DNA of 32,000 nucleotides from Candidatus Brocadia sp. (GCA_021650915.1 CP091279.1:660001-692000); one strand, 5' to 3'. Positions 1 through 10,580 are shown, counted from the stretch's first letter. A program made the numbers and translations. Notes: a model not told the origin generated them from the letters alone.

Positions 1-1552
1 CCATATCCAATAGTTCATAAATACCAATTCTGCCATGGTATCCAATGTCGTTGCAGTGTTTACAGCCTCTTCCCTTATAAAACGAGACATCTTTCACCTC
101 TTCTGCATCAAACCCCATTTTTGATAATTGATCATCGGTGTAGATAACCTGCTCTTTACACTGTGTGCAAATCTTTCTAACCAGACGTTGGGCCATAATG
201 CCTTGTAAAGAAGTGGCAACAAGAAAGGGTTTTATACCCATGTCAATCAGTCTTGTAATAGCAGATGGGGCATCATTGGTATGAAGCGTGCTCAGAACCA
301 GATGTCCTGTTAGAGCAGCTGCAATGGCAGTATCTGCCGTTTCTGTATCACGAATTTCTCCCACAAGGATGATATTCGGGTCTTGCCTGAGCATCGTTCT
401 TAAGATTGTCGGAAAATTAAAACCTATCTTCTCATTTACCTCACCCTGATTAACGCCAGGGAGGGTATACTCTACCGGGTCTTCTGCGGTAATAATCTTT
501 GTGTCAATTTTATTCAGTTCGTTAATGACAGCATACAGAGTTGTTGTTTTACCGCTGCCTGTAGGACCAGTAATCAGGAATATACCATTTGGTTTTTTAA
601 TAATGGAGTGAAAACGCTTGTCGTCATTTTCACAAAATCCCAGTTTTTTTAAGTCCAGCAAAATGACTGATTTTTCCAAGAGTCGCATAACAATGCTTTC
701 TCCATAAATGGATGGTAAGCACGATACTCGGATATCCATCTCTTTTCCTGCATGCTCCAGGCTGATACGGCCATCCTGTGGTCGTCTTTTTTCTGCAATA
801 TCAATGCTGGCGAGAATTTTAATTCTTGAAATGATTGGGTCCTGAAGATGTTTTGGGAGAACGTCTGACTCCTGGCATACCCCATCGATGCGGTATCGTA
901 TGCGTAATCTGTTTGAAAGTGGTTCCACATGAATATCGCTGGCACGGGATGAGGCTGCTTTATTGATAATCAGGGAAACGAGTTGAATAACGGGTCCGTC
1001 ATCTTCCGTAGCGTTTGCTTCCCTCTGGTATTTATCCCTCCGATCATCCTCTGCCTTAGGTATAGGTGACTCACGGAAGGCGAGTTCTTTCAGCAGGGTA
1101 TCAATCGTCTCTGAAGGTTGCTGGTCAAAATATTTGCGAATAGCATTTTTCAGATGCTCTGGTGTGGTAAGAACACATTTGATATCGGCATTGAGTCGAA
1201 AGCGCAGGTTGTCAATAAATCCAAGGTCTGGCGGACTGGTCACTGCAATGGTTATAGTGCCACTATTATTTGATATTGGTATGATACCGTATTTTCTTAT
1301 GAGTGATGCGGGCAATAGTGTTAGTATTTCAGGGGAAATGCTAACACTCTCTAAATCAATTACCGGTAAATTATAATGTATGGACAGACACCGAATAATT
1401 TCATGATATGTTGAATAGCCGAGGCTAACAAGGGCATCTTCCAACGGGATGTTTTCTGTTTTTTGAGTTTCTTTGGCTTTATCCATCTGTTCTTTGCTTA
1501 TGATACCGGCATTCAATAAAGCCTCTTCTCGTTGGTTCTGGGGAGTATTCAT
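1..1552 (-). CDS. Type II secretion / type IV pilus assembly ATPase (GspE/PilB family); the C-terminal end runs off the window
   Basis: Not in the ORF track because there is no stop in the window. Manual minus-strand translation from the ATG at 1552 gives MNTPQNQREEALLNAGIISKEQMDKAKE... Motifs seen: N-terminal T2SSE_N-like region, Walker A GPTGSGKTTT (about 551-580), Asp box/Walker B IILVGEIRD, His box GHLVLSTLHTND, and a tetracysteine CTQCK...CKHCN near the window edge. The track ORFs 649..945 and 1134..1376 lie inside this gene in other frames. Confidence 0.9.
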   Translation of the reverse strand, partial: MNTPQNQREEALLNAGIISKEQMDKAKETQKTENIPLEDALVSLGYSTYHEIIRCLSIHYNLPVIDLESVSISPEILTLLPASLIRKYGIIPISNNSGTITIAVTSPPDLGFIDNLRFRLNADIKCVLTTPEHLKNAIRKYFDQQPSETIDTLLKELAFRESPIPKAEDDRRDKYQREANATEDDGPVIQLVSLIINKAASSRASDIHVEPLSNRLRIRYRIDGVCQESDVLPKHLQDPIISRIKILASIDIAEKRRPQDGRISLEHAGKEMDIRVSCLPSIYGESIVMRLLEKSVILLDLKKLGFCENDDKRFHSIIKKPNGIFLITGPTGSGKTTTLYAVINELNKIDTKIITAEDPVEYTLPGVNQGEVNEKIGFNFPTILRTMLRQDPNIILVGEIRDTETADTAIAAALTGHLVLSTLHTNDAPSAITRLIDMGIKPFLVATSLQGIMAQRLVRKICTQCKEQVIYTDDQLSKMGFDAEEVKDVSFYKGRGCKHCNDIGYHGRIGIYELLDM

Positions 1553-1745
1553 GTTAATTTGCTTGAAATATCCGAAAGGTACCTATAGAATTCATAGCGC
1601 TTTAAATATGAATTGATTTGTGTAGAAATATATGAGCTTAAACAGTTTGTAACGTTTCTTTTATAATATCGGTGAAACATCAAAATCCTTTAGATCGTTG
1701 TTGGGTTGTAATATGTTGTCTAATACTTATTTATGACTTATATTT

Positions 1746-2807
1746 ATGAAACTGTTAAAGTACACAATAGATCAGATTGAAGAGGTATCGATGGATGCTA
1801 CTGGTGATATTGAGGCAAAATTTAAGGCCTTTGCAATACCACGGGGTAGCCTGGGGCGGTTGGAAGAGTTAGCAATGGTGTATGCATCAATAAAAGGTAC
1901 TGTTGACTGCACGATCAGACATAAAAAGATATTTACGATGGCAGGCGACCATGGTGTCGTCGAAGAGGGTGTCAGTGCCTTCCCGCAGCAAGTTACCAGG
2001 CAGATGGTACAGAACTTTATCGATGGAAGGGCGGCTATCAACGTGCTTGCGCGGCATATTGGCGCGAAGGTGATTGTGGTTGACTGTGGAGTCGCTTCAT
2101 ATTTACAGTTACAACCGGGTCTTAAAATCAGAAAGATTGGCCTTGGTACAAAAAATATAGCGGTGGAGCCGGCGATGTCCAGGGAAGAGGCTGTCCGGTC
2201 TATTGAAGCTGGCATTGAACTCGTGGAGGAAGAACGTAAAGAAGGAGTTGATATTATTGGTACGGGAGATATGGGCATTGCCAATACGACCCCCAGCAGT
2301 GCTCTGCTATCCGTCCTGGGCGGAATGGATGTTGTTGCTGCCACAGGTCGTGGAGCCGGATTAGACGAGGGATTACTCCAGAGAAAGATGGCAGTAATAA
2401 AAAAGGCTATCGATATAAATCAACCCAATCGACATGACCCAATTGATGTTTTGGCAAAGGTTGGGGGGTATGAGATTGGTGGCATTGCTGGTTTATGCCT
2501 GGGCGCTGCACGCTATCGGATTCCGATTGTTCTTGATGGGTTTATTTCCACAGCCGGAGCTTTAATAGCCGATGCACTGGAACCGAAGGTGAACAAATAC
2601 CTGATAGCGTCACACGTCTCAGCAGAAAAGGGACATAAAATGATGTTAAAGTTACTCAACAAAAATCCCATACTCGATCTGAATATGAGGTTAGGTGAAG
2701 GCACCGGTGCCGCTTTGGGTATAAACCTGGTAGAAGCCGGAGTAAGATTGCTGCATGAAATGGCTACCTTTCAGGAAGCAGGGGTGTCAGAACCGAATCT
2801 GAAGTAA
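1746..2807 (+). CDS. cobT: Nicotinate-nucleotide--dimethylbenzimidazole phosphoribosyltransferase
   Basis: 353-aa ORF. It has the GTGDMGIANTT signature, a family-typical length, and the C-terminal MRLGEGTGAAL motif. Confidence 0.85.
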   Translation: MKLLKYTIDQIEEVSMDATGDIEAKFKAFAIPRGSLGRLEELAMVYASIKGTVDCTIRHKKIFTMAGDHGVVEEGVSAFPQQVTRQMVQNFIDGRAAINVLARHIGAKVIVVDCGVASYLQLQPGLKIRKIGLGTKNIAVEPAMSREEAVRSIEAGIELVEEERKEGVDIIGTGDMGIANTTPSSALLSVLGGMDVVAATGRGAGLDEGLLQRKMAVIKKAIDINQPNRHDPIDVLAKVGGYEIGGIAGLCLGAARYRIPIVLDGFISTAGALIADALEPKVNKYLIASHVSAEKGHKMMLKLLNKNPILDLNMRLGEGTGAALGINLVEAGVRLLHEMATFQEAGVSEPNLK

Positions 2808-2819
2808 AATTGGCAGCCC

Positions 2820-4202
2820 TCAGTTTTCCTTTTCCTCTGCCCTAGCCTTCAGGAATTTCACCATAGTGGTAACGCTGTCTTTAACATCACCAAAAATCAT
2901 CAGCGTTTTCTGGTTATAAAACAATTCACTGTCTGCTCCTGAGAAGCCAGGACTCAAACTTCGTTTACAGATGATCACCGTCTTTGCCTTGTTTGCATTG
3001 AGGACGGGCATATCGTGAAGCAGACACGTATTGGTATTCTTTGCAGCGGGATTGATAATATCATTTGCTCCAATAACTAAGGCAACGTCGGTGTTCTGAA
3101 AATCGTCGTTAATCGTTTCAGTGGCAAAAAGAAGGTTTGGCGACACTTTCGCCTCTTTCAGCAGGGCGGGTAGCTGCCCAGGCACGCGGCCTGCGGCGGG
3201 ATGTAGTGCGTAGCGGACATTGGCTCCTCTCTTAGTTAAGACGTTTTCCAGATCATGAAGTATCTCCTGTGCCTGAGCAACAACGAGGCCGTAACCGGGA
3301 ACAATAATTATTGATTGTGCGTTCTCAAGCAGTATTATTGAATCTTCTGGTGCATGTGCGATAACTTTGTGATGGTCGTTCCTGTCGGAATCTTCCAGAA
3401 CCGTAACTTTAACAGATTTCAGCATATCAGCCGGTAAGGAGCGGTTCATCGTATTGCAGGTGATAATCGTCAGGGCAATACAAAAAGTGCAAATAATTAT
3501 ACCACTCATAATGAAGATATTGCTGGATAATAAAAACCCCGTTGCTACGGCAGCAAAGCCAGCGTATGAAATCAGCAACGACACGACCACCTGCATATTT
3601 GCGCCACCTATAGGAATGACAAGCAATATTCCCAGCGCAGAAGAAATAACAAAAAAGGCAAGAAGATATGCTCCGCATGTCTGACTAAAAGAGATAATAA
3701 CACAAAATACAAGGCAAACGATAAAAAGGAGCAGATGCAACGAATGCTTTATTTCACAGACCCCAGGGGCAGGTTTAACAAAATCCCGAAGTTTGGCGTA
3801 TACAACAAGACTGCCCGTAATGGTTACCATGCCAATAAGCAAACCAAGCACTATGGAAATGATAATGTTTAGTTGTATTTCACGTATGGTGAGATAGTGT
3901 TCTATCAGTGCAACGGACACCGACACTGCTCCGCCAAGCCCGTTATAAAAGGCTACAATCCTGGATACCTCAGTCAGCTTAGCTTTCTTGGCAAGAATGA
4001 CACTGACCGTGCTTCCGATGAAGCTACTTGCAATAATAAAACTAAAATCATGAATCTTCTTGTGTAAAAGAGTGATCACAATGGCAATGAGCATCGCAAT
4101 CATGGCAAGCATGTTACCCCGGTGCGCAGTTTTTGATGAACTGAGTCCCTTAACACCGAAGATGACCATGATCGATGAAAGAATATAGGCAATCGTTATC
4201 AT
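2820..4202 (-). CDS. pntB: NAD(P) transhydrogenase beta subunit homolog (PntB-like), with no pntA partner in the window
   Basis: 460 aa. The N-terminal two-thirds is polytopic membrane. The C-terminal dIII-like domain carries VPGYGLVVAQAQ, HPAAGRVPG, VIGANDIINPAA, KRS and FGD motifs. Confidence 0.8.
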   Translation of the reverse strand: MITIAYILSSIMVIFGVKGLSSSKTAHRGNMLAMIAMLIAIVITLLHKKIHDFSFIIASSFIGSTVSVILAKKAKLTEVSRIVAFYNGLGGAVSVSVALIEHYLTIREIQLNIIISIVLGLLIGMVTITGSLVVYAKLRDFVKPAPGVCEIKHSLHLLLFIVCLVFCVIISFSQTCGAYLLAFFVISSALGILLVIPIGGANMQVVVSLLISYAGFAAVATGFLLSSNIFIMSGIIICTFCIALTIITCNTMNRSLPADMLKSVKVTVLEDSDRNDHHKVIAHAPEDSIILLENAQSIIIVPGYGLVVAQAQEILHDLENVLTKRGANVRYALHPAAGRVPGQLPALLKEAKVSPNLLFATETINDDFQNTDVALVIGANDIINPAAKNTNTCLLHDMPVLNANKAKTVIICKRSLSPGFSGADSELFYNQKTLMIFGDVKDSVTTMVKFLKARAEEKEN

Positions 4203-4414
4203 AGTTGTAAGGCAGAAGTAATTAATGGACTCTTATCATAGCAAAGTTATTCGCCATATTTCAACTTAAGACTAAATCCTGCCAATAACCTATTTCGTCC
4301 CGAAATCATTATTGAAGTTGCGTCAGAGACTATAAAATGATAATATAAACCGCATTATAATCGGATAATAAGAAAATTACCCCACCGATGTATTTTATTT
4401 GAAAGGAGTCATAA

Positions 4415-4900
4415 ATGCCAACGAAACAGTGGAATACCCCGCCCGCGCTACAGATTGATGCCAACAAGACCTACCATGCAACAATTGAGACCAACCGGGG
4501 TAAAATTTCGATTGAATTATTCCCAAAAAACGCCCCGAAGACGGTTAATAATTTTGTCTTCCTCGCTAAAGAGGGCTTCTACGACGGAGTTGTGTTCCAT
4601 CGGGTAATCAATGATTTTATGATCCAGGGTGGAGACCCTACCGGAACGGGTCGGGGTGGTCCTGGTTACAAGTTTGAGGATGAAACAAAAGGGAACCCGT
4701 TGACACATGATACCGGAGTAATTTCCATGGCGAATGCCGGACCAAATACCAATGGTAGCCAATTTTTTATCACGCACTGCCCGCAGCCTCACCTCAACGG
4801 GAAACACACGGTTTTTGGTAAAGTAATCACCGGTCAGGATGTTGTTGATGCAATTCGGCAAGGCGATACCATGACGAAGGTAACGATTACCGAAAGCTAA
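4415..4900 (+). CDS. ppiB: Cytoplasmic cyclophilin-type peptidyl-prolyl cis-trans isomerase
   Basis: 161 aa with [25 protein letters not shown] and NGSQFFIT motifs. The SD GAAAGGAG lies just upstream of the ATG. No signal peptide. Confidence 0.9.
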   Translation: MPTKQWNTPPALQIDANKTYHATIETNRGKISIELFPKNAPKTVNNFVFLAKEGFYDGVVFHRVINDFMIQGGDPTGTGRGGPGYKFEDETKGNPLTHDTGVISMANAGPNTNGSQFFITHCPQPHLNGKHTVFGKVITGQDVVDAIRQGDTMTKVTITES

Positions 4901-4919
4901 ATGTCTATGCCGGAGAAAA

Positions 4920-5408
4920 ATGAATAATTCCAGAGACGTATTTGATACTGCGTACCTGAAGAAACTCATGAATCAAAAAAACATAATTCAGATTACCCGA
5001 ACAATTTCAATTAATGAGCATGAAATCCAATGTGATTTCATCCGTGCCTCTGGACCCGGCGGTCAGAATGTTAACAAGGTTGCCACCGCAGTGCAGCTTC
5101 GCTTTAATGTCAGGAAATGTCCTTCACTTCCTGAAGACATTCGTGAACGCCTTGTTCGCATCGCCGGGAAACGAATTACCAGAGACGGCATCGTTATCAT
5201 GATTGCACGGCGATTCAGAACCCAGGAAGGAAACCGTCAGGACGCAATCAACCGGTTAGTTGCATTAATACAGAAGGCCGCTGAAAAGCCAAAACCCAGA
5301 CGACAAACAATGCCCACGTTAGCGTCAAAGAGACGCCGTTTGGATTTCAAAGACCATCGGCGTTGTACGAAACGGTTGAGACAGTCTTCACCTCAGGCAG
5401 ACTCCTAG
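4920..5408 (+). CDS. arfB: Alternative ribosome-rescue factor ArfB (peptidyl-tRNA hydrolase, RF-1 domain, GGQ motif)
   Basis: ASGPGGQNVNKV GGQ motif and a basic C-terminal tail (KPKPRRQTMPTLASKRRRL). GGAG lies 5 nt upstream of the ATG at 4920. An alternative in-frame ATG at 4968 would give a more typical length. Confidence 0.8.
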   Translation: MNNSRDVFDTAYLKKLMNQKNIIQITRTISINEHEIQCDFIRASGPGGQNVNKVATAVQLRFNVRKCPSLPEDIRERLVRIAGKRITRDGIVIMIARRFRTQEGNRQDAINRLVALIQKAAEKPKPRRQTMPTLASKRRRLDFKDHRRCTKRLRQSSPQADS

Positions 5409-5435
5409 CTTTTTCCCTGTACACATCAGATTTTT

Positions 5436-6023
5436 ATGAATAATGCTCTTTTTGCCGGGTATACTGTGGATCAAAGGCAAATCATTGTACTTTTGTGTTT
5501 TGTCATAGTTTTATTTTCAGGTAGCATGCTTGCATATAATAGGGTGAAAACCACTGGAAAACGGACCGTTACCATCGTAGAAAATGATTCCTCCGATTTA
5601 AAAATAAAAGATATAATCATTCATGGGAAAGTTATGAAAAGCGACGATGAATGGAAGCGGATACTTTCGTCGGAACAATACAAGATTATCCGCCAAAAGG
5701 GGACGGAACTGCCCTTTACCGGTAAATACCACAATTTTAAGGGTGAAGGAGTCTTTCGGTGTGTGGGTTGTGGGAATGATTTGTTCCGATCGGAAGCGAA
5801 ATTTGACTCCGGGACAGGTTGGCCAAGCTTCCGTGAGCCAGTTCCTGAAAAGCATGTTGCCACCGCAACCGATGTAAGCCATGGCATGGTAAGAACCGAA
5901 GTTGTGTGCAGCCGATGTGATGCACATCTTGGACATGTATTTCAGGATGGGCCACCGCCTACCGGACTTCGTTATTGCATCAATTCTGCTGCCCTGAATT
6001 TTGTGAAGAAACAAGAGGAATAG
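5436..6023 (+). CDS. msrB: Peptide-methionine (R)-S-oxide reductase MsrB with an N-terminal membrane anchor
   Basis: CVGCGNDLF...GWPSF...[16 protein letters not shown]...RYCINS: two CxxC zinc pairs plus the catalytic Cys. The N-terminal hydrophobic segment is [19 protein letters not shown]. Confidence 0.9.
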   Translation: MNNALFAGYTVDQRQIIVLLCFVIVLFSGSMLAYNRVKTTGKRTVTIVENDSSDLKIKDIIIHGKVMKSDDEWKRILSSEQYKIIRQKGTELPFTGKYHNFKGEGVFRCVGCGNDLFRSEAKFDSGTGWPSFREPVPEKHVATATDVSHGMVRTEVVCSRCDAHLGHVFQDGPPPTGLRYCINSAALNFVKKQEE

Positions 6024-6385
6024 CGTCTTGTATGAAGATACGAATGCGAAGAGCATCCTTGTCCAAATTAACCCGATTTTTGCAATTTGGTAGATGTACA
6101 GCCCACCGAGTCAGGAAAATCAAGGGATCATATAAAGCGGTTGCCACTACAATGCCTTTTAGAAAATTTACTTCAATAAAATCAAGGGGTTCCTGACTAT
6201 TCCTGCCCAAAAAACCTTGTTTTGCCGCGAATTGCAAAGGTCTGGCGAAGCAATCGGCCCGAAGGCGTAACTACTGGTTGGAGATCTGTATGCGGGCATA
6301 CCGTCTGTACATTTTGGATGAAGGGGAAACGAAAGCATTTCCCGTCTCTGTCCAGCGAAACCGTATAAATAAAATGAACACCTGA

Positions 6386-9300
6386 TTACTTGTAGACAAT
6401 CAGGAGATCTTTAGCCTCAACACGCTCTTTTGCCTTAACCAGCACCTGGCCGATTACACCATCGTGTTCGGCATAAACGGTAGTTTCCATCTTCATAGCC
6501 TCCATAATAAGAAGCGGATCATTTTTACTTACGGTATCACCCGCTGCAATCTTTATGTTAACGACCATTCCCGGCATGGGAGCCCCGACATGCTTGGCGT
6601 TATCGTCTTCTGCCTGAGGGCGTTTGATTACGGAGGCAGTTATCTTGCGATTGGCGATGACGACTTCTCTCGGTTGGCCATTATATTCGAAGAAGACGGT
6701 GCAGTTTCCTTCTTCGTTTGCCGGACTAATCGCGATCAGTTTAAAAATTAATGTCTTTCCTTCCTCGATTTCAATGAAGACTTCTTCGTTTATGGGCAGA
6801 CCATAAAAGAAGACGTCCGTGGGGATAACAGAAACGTCATCGTATTTTTTCCTGTGCTCGGCATATTGAATGAAGACTTCGGGATACATCAAATAGGACA
6901 TGAGTTCTTCTTTGGTAATCGCTCTTGATATTTGTGTTTCAACCTTTTTTGCGATTTCCTCAAAATTCACCGGCGGCAGATTAGCACCTGGTCTTTCCGT
7001 TGAAGCTTGAGATCCGCGCAGAATTTTCTCCTGTATCTCGCGCGGGAAACCCCCGGTCGGTTGGCCGAGACGACCTTCAAAGAATTCTACTACTGAGGTG
7101 GGGAAAGAAATATCCCTGGAATTGGTGATAATGTCCCGTGCCTGGATGGTATTTGTTACCAAAAACAGGGTCATATCTCCAACGACCTTTGAAGAGGGAG
7201 TAACTTTCACAATATCTCCAAAGAGCTGATTGACGTCTGCATAGACATTGGTAATTTCATGCCAGCGATGCGCCAGACCCATGGACTGTGCCTGCTGGAA
7301 GAGATTGGTAAACTGTCCGCCGGGGATTTCGTGGTGATATACCTCTGCTGTGCTTGCTTTTTGGATGGATTCAAATATCTCATAATACTCTCTGACAACT
7401 TCCCAGTAAGCCGAGAGGGATCCGAGTGCCTGGAAGTCCATACCCGTGTCTCGTTCGTGGAAACGCATCATTTCAACGAGGGTATTCATATTGGGTTGCG
7501 ATGTCAGCCCGGAAAAGGGGCCTGTAGCGGCGTCAACAATATCCACACCTGCCTCTGCTGCCTTAATAAGCGTAGCGATCTGGCCGCCCGACGTATCATG
7601 GGTGTGAAGGTGGATGGGAATCTTCAGTTCAGATTTCAGTGCGCTGACCAGTTCAAAGGCTGCGTAAGGCTTCAGGAGTCCCGCCATATCCTTGATTGAC
7701 AGGATATGGGCTCCTAGTCCTTCCAGCTCTTTCGCCATTTTTACATAATAGTCCAGCGTATACTTATTCTGCTTCGGATTGAGAAGATCACCGGTGTAAC
7801 AGATGGCCGCTTCACACAAGGAATTGGTTTCCAGGACGGCATCCATTGCCACTTTCATATTTTCAACCCAGTTGAGCGAATCGAAAACGCGGAAGATATC
7901 TATGCCACTCTCTGCAGACTGTTTGATAAACGCCCTGACGACGTTATCAGGGTAGTTGGTGTAGCCGACGCCATTCGAGGCCCTGAGCAACATCTGAAAA
8001 AGAATATTTGGGGCCAGCTTGCGCATGTGGTATAGCCGTTCCCAGGGACATTCCCAGAGGAATCTCATGGCGGTGTCAAACGTTGCTCCACCCCACATTT
8101 CCAGGGAGAAGAAATCTGCATGATTTCTTGAGTATGCTTCTATTATTTTCAGCATATCCACGGTTCTCATGCGGGTAGCCAGGAGAGACTGATGTGCATC
8201 GCGGAAGGTAGTGTCCGTAAGCAAGAGTTTTTTCTCCTTGAGGATATGCTGTACGAATTTCTTCGCGCCCAGTTCACGGAAAAGGTCTCGGCTGCCTCTT
8301 GGCCTGGCTTGTTTACGGTCAACAGCGGGAACCGGCGCTTCACGACGGCACACTGTCTTCGGCACTTCTTTAATCAGGGGGTGACCATTGACAAGGATGT
8401 CTCCGATAAAACGCATGATGCGGAAGGCACGGTCTCTGCGACTTGCAAAGCGGAAGATATCATGATTTTCATCAATAAAGCGTGTCGTGCATTTCCCGCT
8501 GTGGAAATCTTTATGATTGACCAGATTAATAAGAAACGGGATATTGGTTTTTACGCCGCGAATCCGGAACTCATGCAGCGCCCTGTCCATACGGTGTATG
8601 GTCTCTTCAAAGCAGGAGCCATACGCAGTAACTTTCACCAGCATGGAATCATAGTAAGGCGTTACGAGGGCTCCGGAGAATGCCGTGCCAGCGTCAAGCC
8701 GAATGCCCATGCCCCCTGCAGAACGGTAGTGCTGAATACGCCCATAGTCTGGAGTAAACTTGTTGGAAGGGTCTTCTGTGGTAATCCGGCACTGAAAGGC
8801 AATGCCGTGCGCCTGAATCGCTTCCTGGTTTGGTATGAGGATTTCCGGTGAATTGAGAGGGAATCCTGCGCTGACAAGGATCTGTCGCTTCACCAGATCA
8901 AAACCGGTAATGATTTCAGTGACGGTGTGTTCAACCTGAATTCTGGGGTTAATCTCGATAAAATAAAATTGATTCGTTTCTGTGTCGAGAAGAAATTCAA
9001 CAGTTCCCGCGTTGTCATAGTGAACTGATTTACATATGCTAACGGCTGCCTCGCAGATGTTCCGCCTGACGTTTTCATCAAGATTCTGTGCCGGCGCTAT
9101 CTCAACTACTTTTTGGTGGCGTCTCTGGAGTGAGCAATCACGTTCAAACAGGTGTACAATATTGCCGTATTTATCACCAAGGATCTGTACCTCAAGATGG
9201 CGCGCCTTTTCGACATATTTTTCTATGAAACATTCATCGGAACCAAATGCTGACAGTGACTCCCGTTGTGCTTCATAAAGTCGTCTGCTTAAATCCAATT

Positions 9301-9844
9301 CATTGCGAACCACGCGCATACCGCGTCCGCCTCCGCCATGGGCAGCCTTGATAATCACCGGATATCCCAACGTGTCGCAAAGAATCTTGGCCTCATCAAA
9401 ACTCTTTATGGGATAATTATATCCGGAAAGTATGGGTACCTGTGCCTTTCCGGCAATTATTTTGGCCGAGGTTTTATTGCCGAGCATGTCAAGAATTTCC
9501 GGACGAGGACCAATGAAGGTAATGCCGGCGGTTTCACACGCACGGGCAAAGTTGGCATTCTCTGAAAGAAACCCGTAGCCTGGGTGAATGGCGTCCACTT
9601 CCTTCTCTCTTGCCAGTTGAATGATGCCTTCAATATCCAAATAGGCCTTGACCGGGTCTTTTCCCTTCCCAATCTGATACGCTTCGTCTGCCTTAAATCG
9701 ATGGAGCGCAAAGCGGTCTTCATAGGAATAGATCGCCACCGTTCGTATGCCGACTTCATAGGCTGCCCGACAGACCCGGATTGCTATTTCGCTACGGTTG
9801 GCAACCAGGAGTTTTTTAAATTGTTTGATTTCCATATTTTTCAT
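6386..9844 (-). CDS. pyc: Pyruvate carboxylase, single-chain (biotin carboxylase + carboxyltransferase + BCCP)
   Basis: About 1150 aa. It contains the ATP-grasp GGGGRGMR, a central HMGL-like/TIM carboxyltransferase region and the C-terminal biotinyl motif EAMKMET. The track start at 9862 is TTG. I prefer the ATG at 9844 (MKNMEIKQFKKLLVANR...). The 5' end overlaps the stop of the upstream nitroreductase gene. Confidence 0.9.
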   Translation of the reverse strand: MKNMEIKQFKKLLVANRSEIAIRVCRAAYEVGIRTVAIYSYEDRFALHRFKADEAYQIGKGKDPVKAYLDIEGIIQLAREKEVDAIHPGYGFLSENANFARACETAGITFIGPRPEILDMLGNKTSAKIIAGKAQVPILSGYNYPIKSFDEAKILCDTLGYPVIIKAAHGGGGRGMRVVRNELDLSRRLYEAQRESLSAFGSDECFIEKYVEKARHLEVQILGDKYGNIVHLFERDCSLQRRHQKVVEIAPAQNLDENVRRNICEAAVSICKSVHYDNAGTVEFLLDTETNQFYFIEINPRIQVEHTVTEIITGFDLVKRQILVSAGFPLNSPEILIPNQEAIQAHGIAFQCRITTEDPSNKFTPDYGRIQHYRSAGGMGIRLDAGTAFSGALVTPYYDSMLVKVTAYGSCFEETIHRMDRALHEFRIRGVKTNIPFLINLVNHKDFHSGKCTTRFIDENHDIFRFASRRDRAFRIMRFIGDILVNGHPLIKEVPKTVCRREAPVPAVDRKQARPRGSRDLFRELGAKKFVQHILKEKKLLLTDTTFRDAHQSLLATRMRTVDMLKIIEAYSRNHADFFSLEMWGGATFDTAMRFLWECPWERLYHMRKLAPNILFQMLLRASNGVGYTNYPDNVVRAFIKQSAESGIDIFRVFDSLNWVENMKVAMDAVLETNSLCEAAICYTGDLLNPKQNKYTLDYYVKMAKELEGLGAHILSIKDMAGLLKPYAAFELVSALKSELKIPIHLHTHDTSGGQIATLIKAAEAGVDIVDAATGPFSGLTSQPNMNTLVEMMRFHERDTGMDFQALGSLSAYWEVVREYYEIFESIQKASTAEVYHHEIPGGQFTNLFQQAQSMGLAHRWHEITNVYADVNQLFGDIVKVTPSSKVVGDMTLFLVTNTIQARDIITNSRDISFPTSVVEFFEGRLGQPTGGFPREIQEKILRGSQASTERPGANLPPVNFEEIAKKVETQISRAITKEELMSYLMYPEVFIQYAEHRKKYDDVSVIPTDVFFYGLPINEEVFIEIEEGKTLIFKLIAISPANEEGNCTVFFEYNGQPREVVIANRKITASVIKRPQAEDDNAKHVGAPMPGMVVNIKIAAGDTVSKNDPLLIMEAMKMETTVYAEHDGVIGQVLVKAKERVEAKDLLIVYK

Positions 9845-10448
9845 AATAAACCATCTTCTCAAGGGTAAATCGTGGTCTTTGCGGTGGCTCTTCAGCAGGG
9901 TATCCTAAAGGGAGCAAGGCAATAATTTCGATATTGCTCGGGATCTCGAGTATTTCTTTAACCTTATGGTCGTCGAACCATCTGACCCAGCAGGTTCCCA
10001 GCCCCAATTCCACGGCGTGAAGAACCATATGCTCAATAGCGATATCCGTATTTCCCGTGGCTGCAATGAGCAGATGCCATTTCATGTCGGCGCTTATCCC
10101 CTCCTTTTTTAAAGATGGAACAAAAACCTCACGGGTCTTTGCTGGAAGTGCGCCAGCATCGATTAGTTCATCAATCCGCTCCGGAAATTTTTCAAATGCC
10201 TTTATGTCGGCGCAACAGGCGATGATGACAGGCGCTTGTCCTACATGCCGCTGGTGGTACGAGGCCGACTGCAATTTTTTTCTCGTTTCGGCATCTTTTA
10301 CCACAATGAATTTCCATGGCTGCGTGTTAGAGCCTGACGGGGCAAGCCGTGCACTTTCCAAAAGCTGTAATATCAGGTCCTCAGGCACGGGGTCTGATTT
10401 GAACCTCCTGATACTTCGCCGTTTCTGAATCGCTTCCTTGACGTCCAT
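9816..10448 (-). CDS. Nitroreductase-family flavoprotein
   Basis: MDVKEAIQKRRSIRRF...APSGSNTQPW is the classic nitroreductase N-terminus. The track ORF extends to 10508, but those extra 20 aa have no SD and are not family-like. The start is uncertain between 10448 and 10508. Confidence 0.8.
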   Translation of the reverse strand: MDVKEAIQKRRSIRRFKSDPVPEDLILQLLESARLAPSGSNTQPWKFIVVKDAETRKKLQSASYHQRHVGQAPVIIACCADIKAFEKFPERIDELIDAGALPAKTREVFVPSLKKEGISADMKWHLLIAATGNTDIAIEHMVLHAVELGLGTCWVRWFDDHKVKEILEIPSNIEIIALLPLGYPAEEPPQRPRFTLEKMVYYEKYGNQTI

Positions 10449-10580
10449 ATTGATAAGCCACCCGCTTGCACCGACTTTGTGCAAGATGCTGTGGTTAGGG
10501 TTTCTCATTCTGCAGATGAGTTGCTCTGATCTAAATTTGGAAGATTATTTCATAAACAAGCGAAGATTTCAAGATTTTTA

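Noticed and set aside
649-1376. Track ORFs 649..945 (-) and 1134..1376 (+)
   Set aside because: Both are embedded in the GspE/PilB-family gene, which I translated manually in another frame and which carries all the ATPase motifs.
1553-1745. Looked for a cobalamin riboswitch upstream of cobT
   Set aside because: There is no B12-box (GCCACUG-like) or conserved core. The region is just an AT-rich divergent promoter.
1772-2344. 190-aa minus-strand ORF
   Set aside because: It is antisense to cobT and has a Ser/Thr/Pro/Ala-rich composition typical of a shadow frame.
6024-6385. 362-bp spacer between convergent msrB and pyc. It holds overlapping 73-aa and 85-aa ORFs and a 31-aa ORF (6290..6385, MRAYRLYILDEGETKAFPVSVQRNRINKMNT) with a GGAG SD.
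   Set aside because: I could assign no family motif, and the two larger ORFs overlap each other and msrB. The 31-aa ORF could be real or a gene remnant (a CGAAGCAATC repeat word is nearby), but I cannot support a call from sequence alone.
8192-8851. 219-aa plus-strand ORF, along with several other 60-150-aa ORFs between 6464 and 9868
   Set aside because: They lie entirely antisense to, or out of frame within, the strongly supported pyruvate carboxylase gene. They have no SD and low-complexity or odd composition. These are shadow ORFs.
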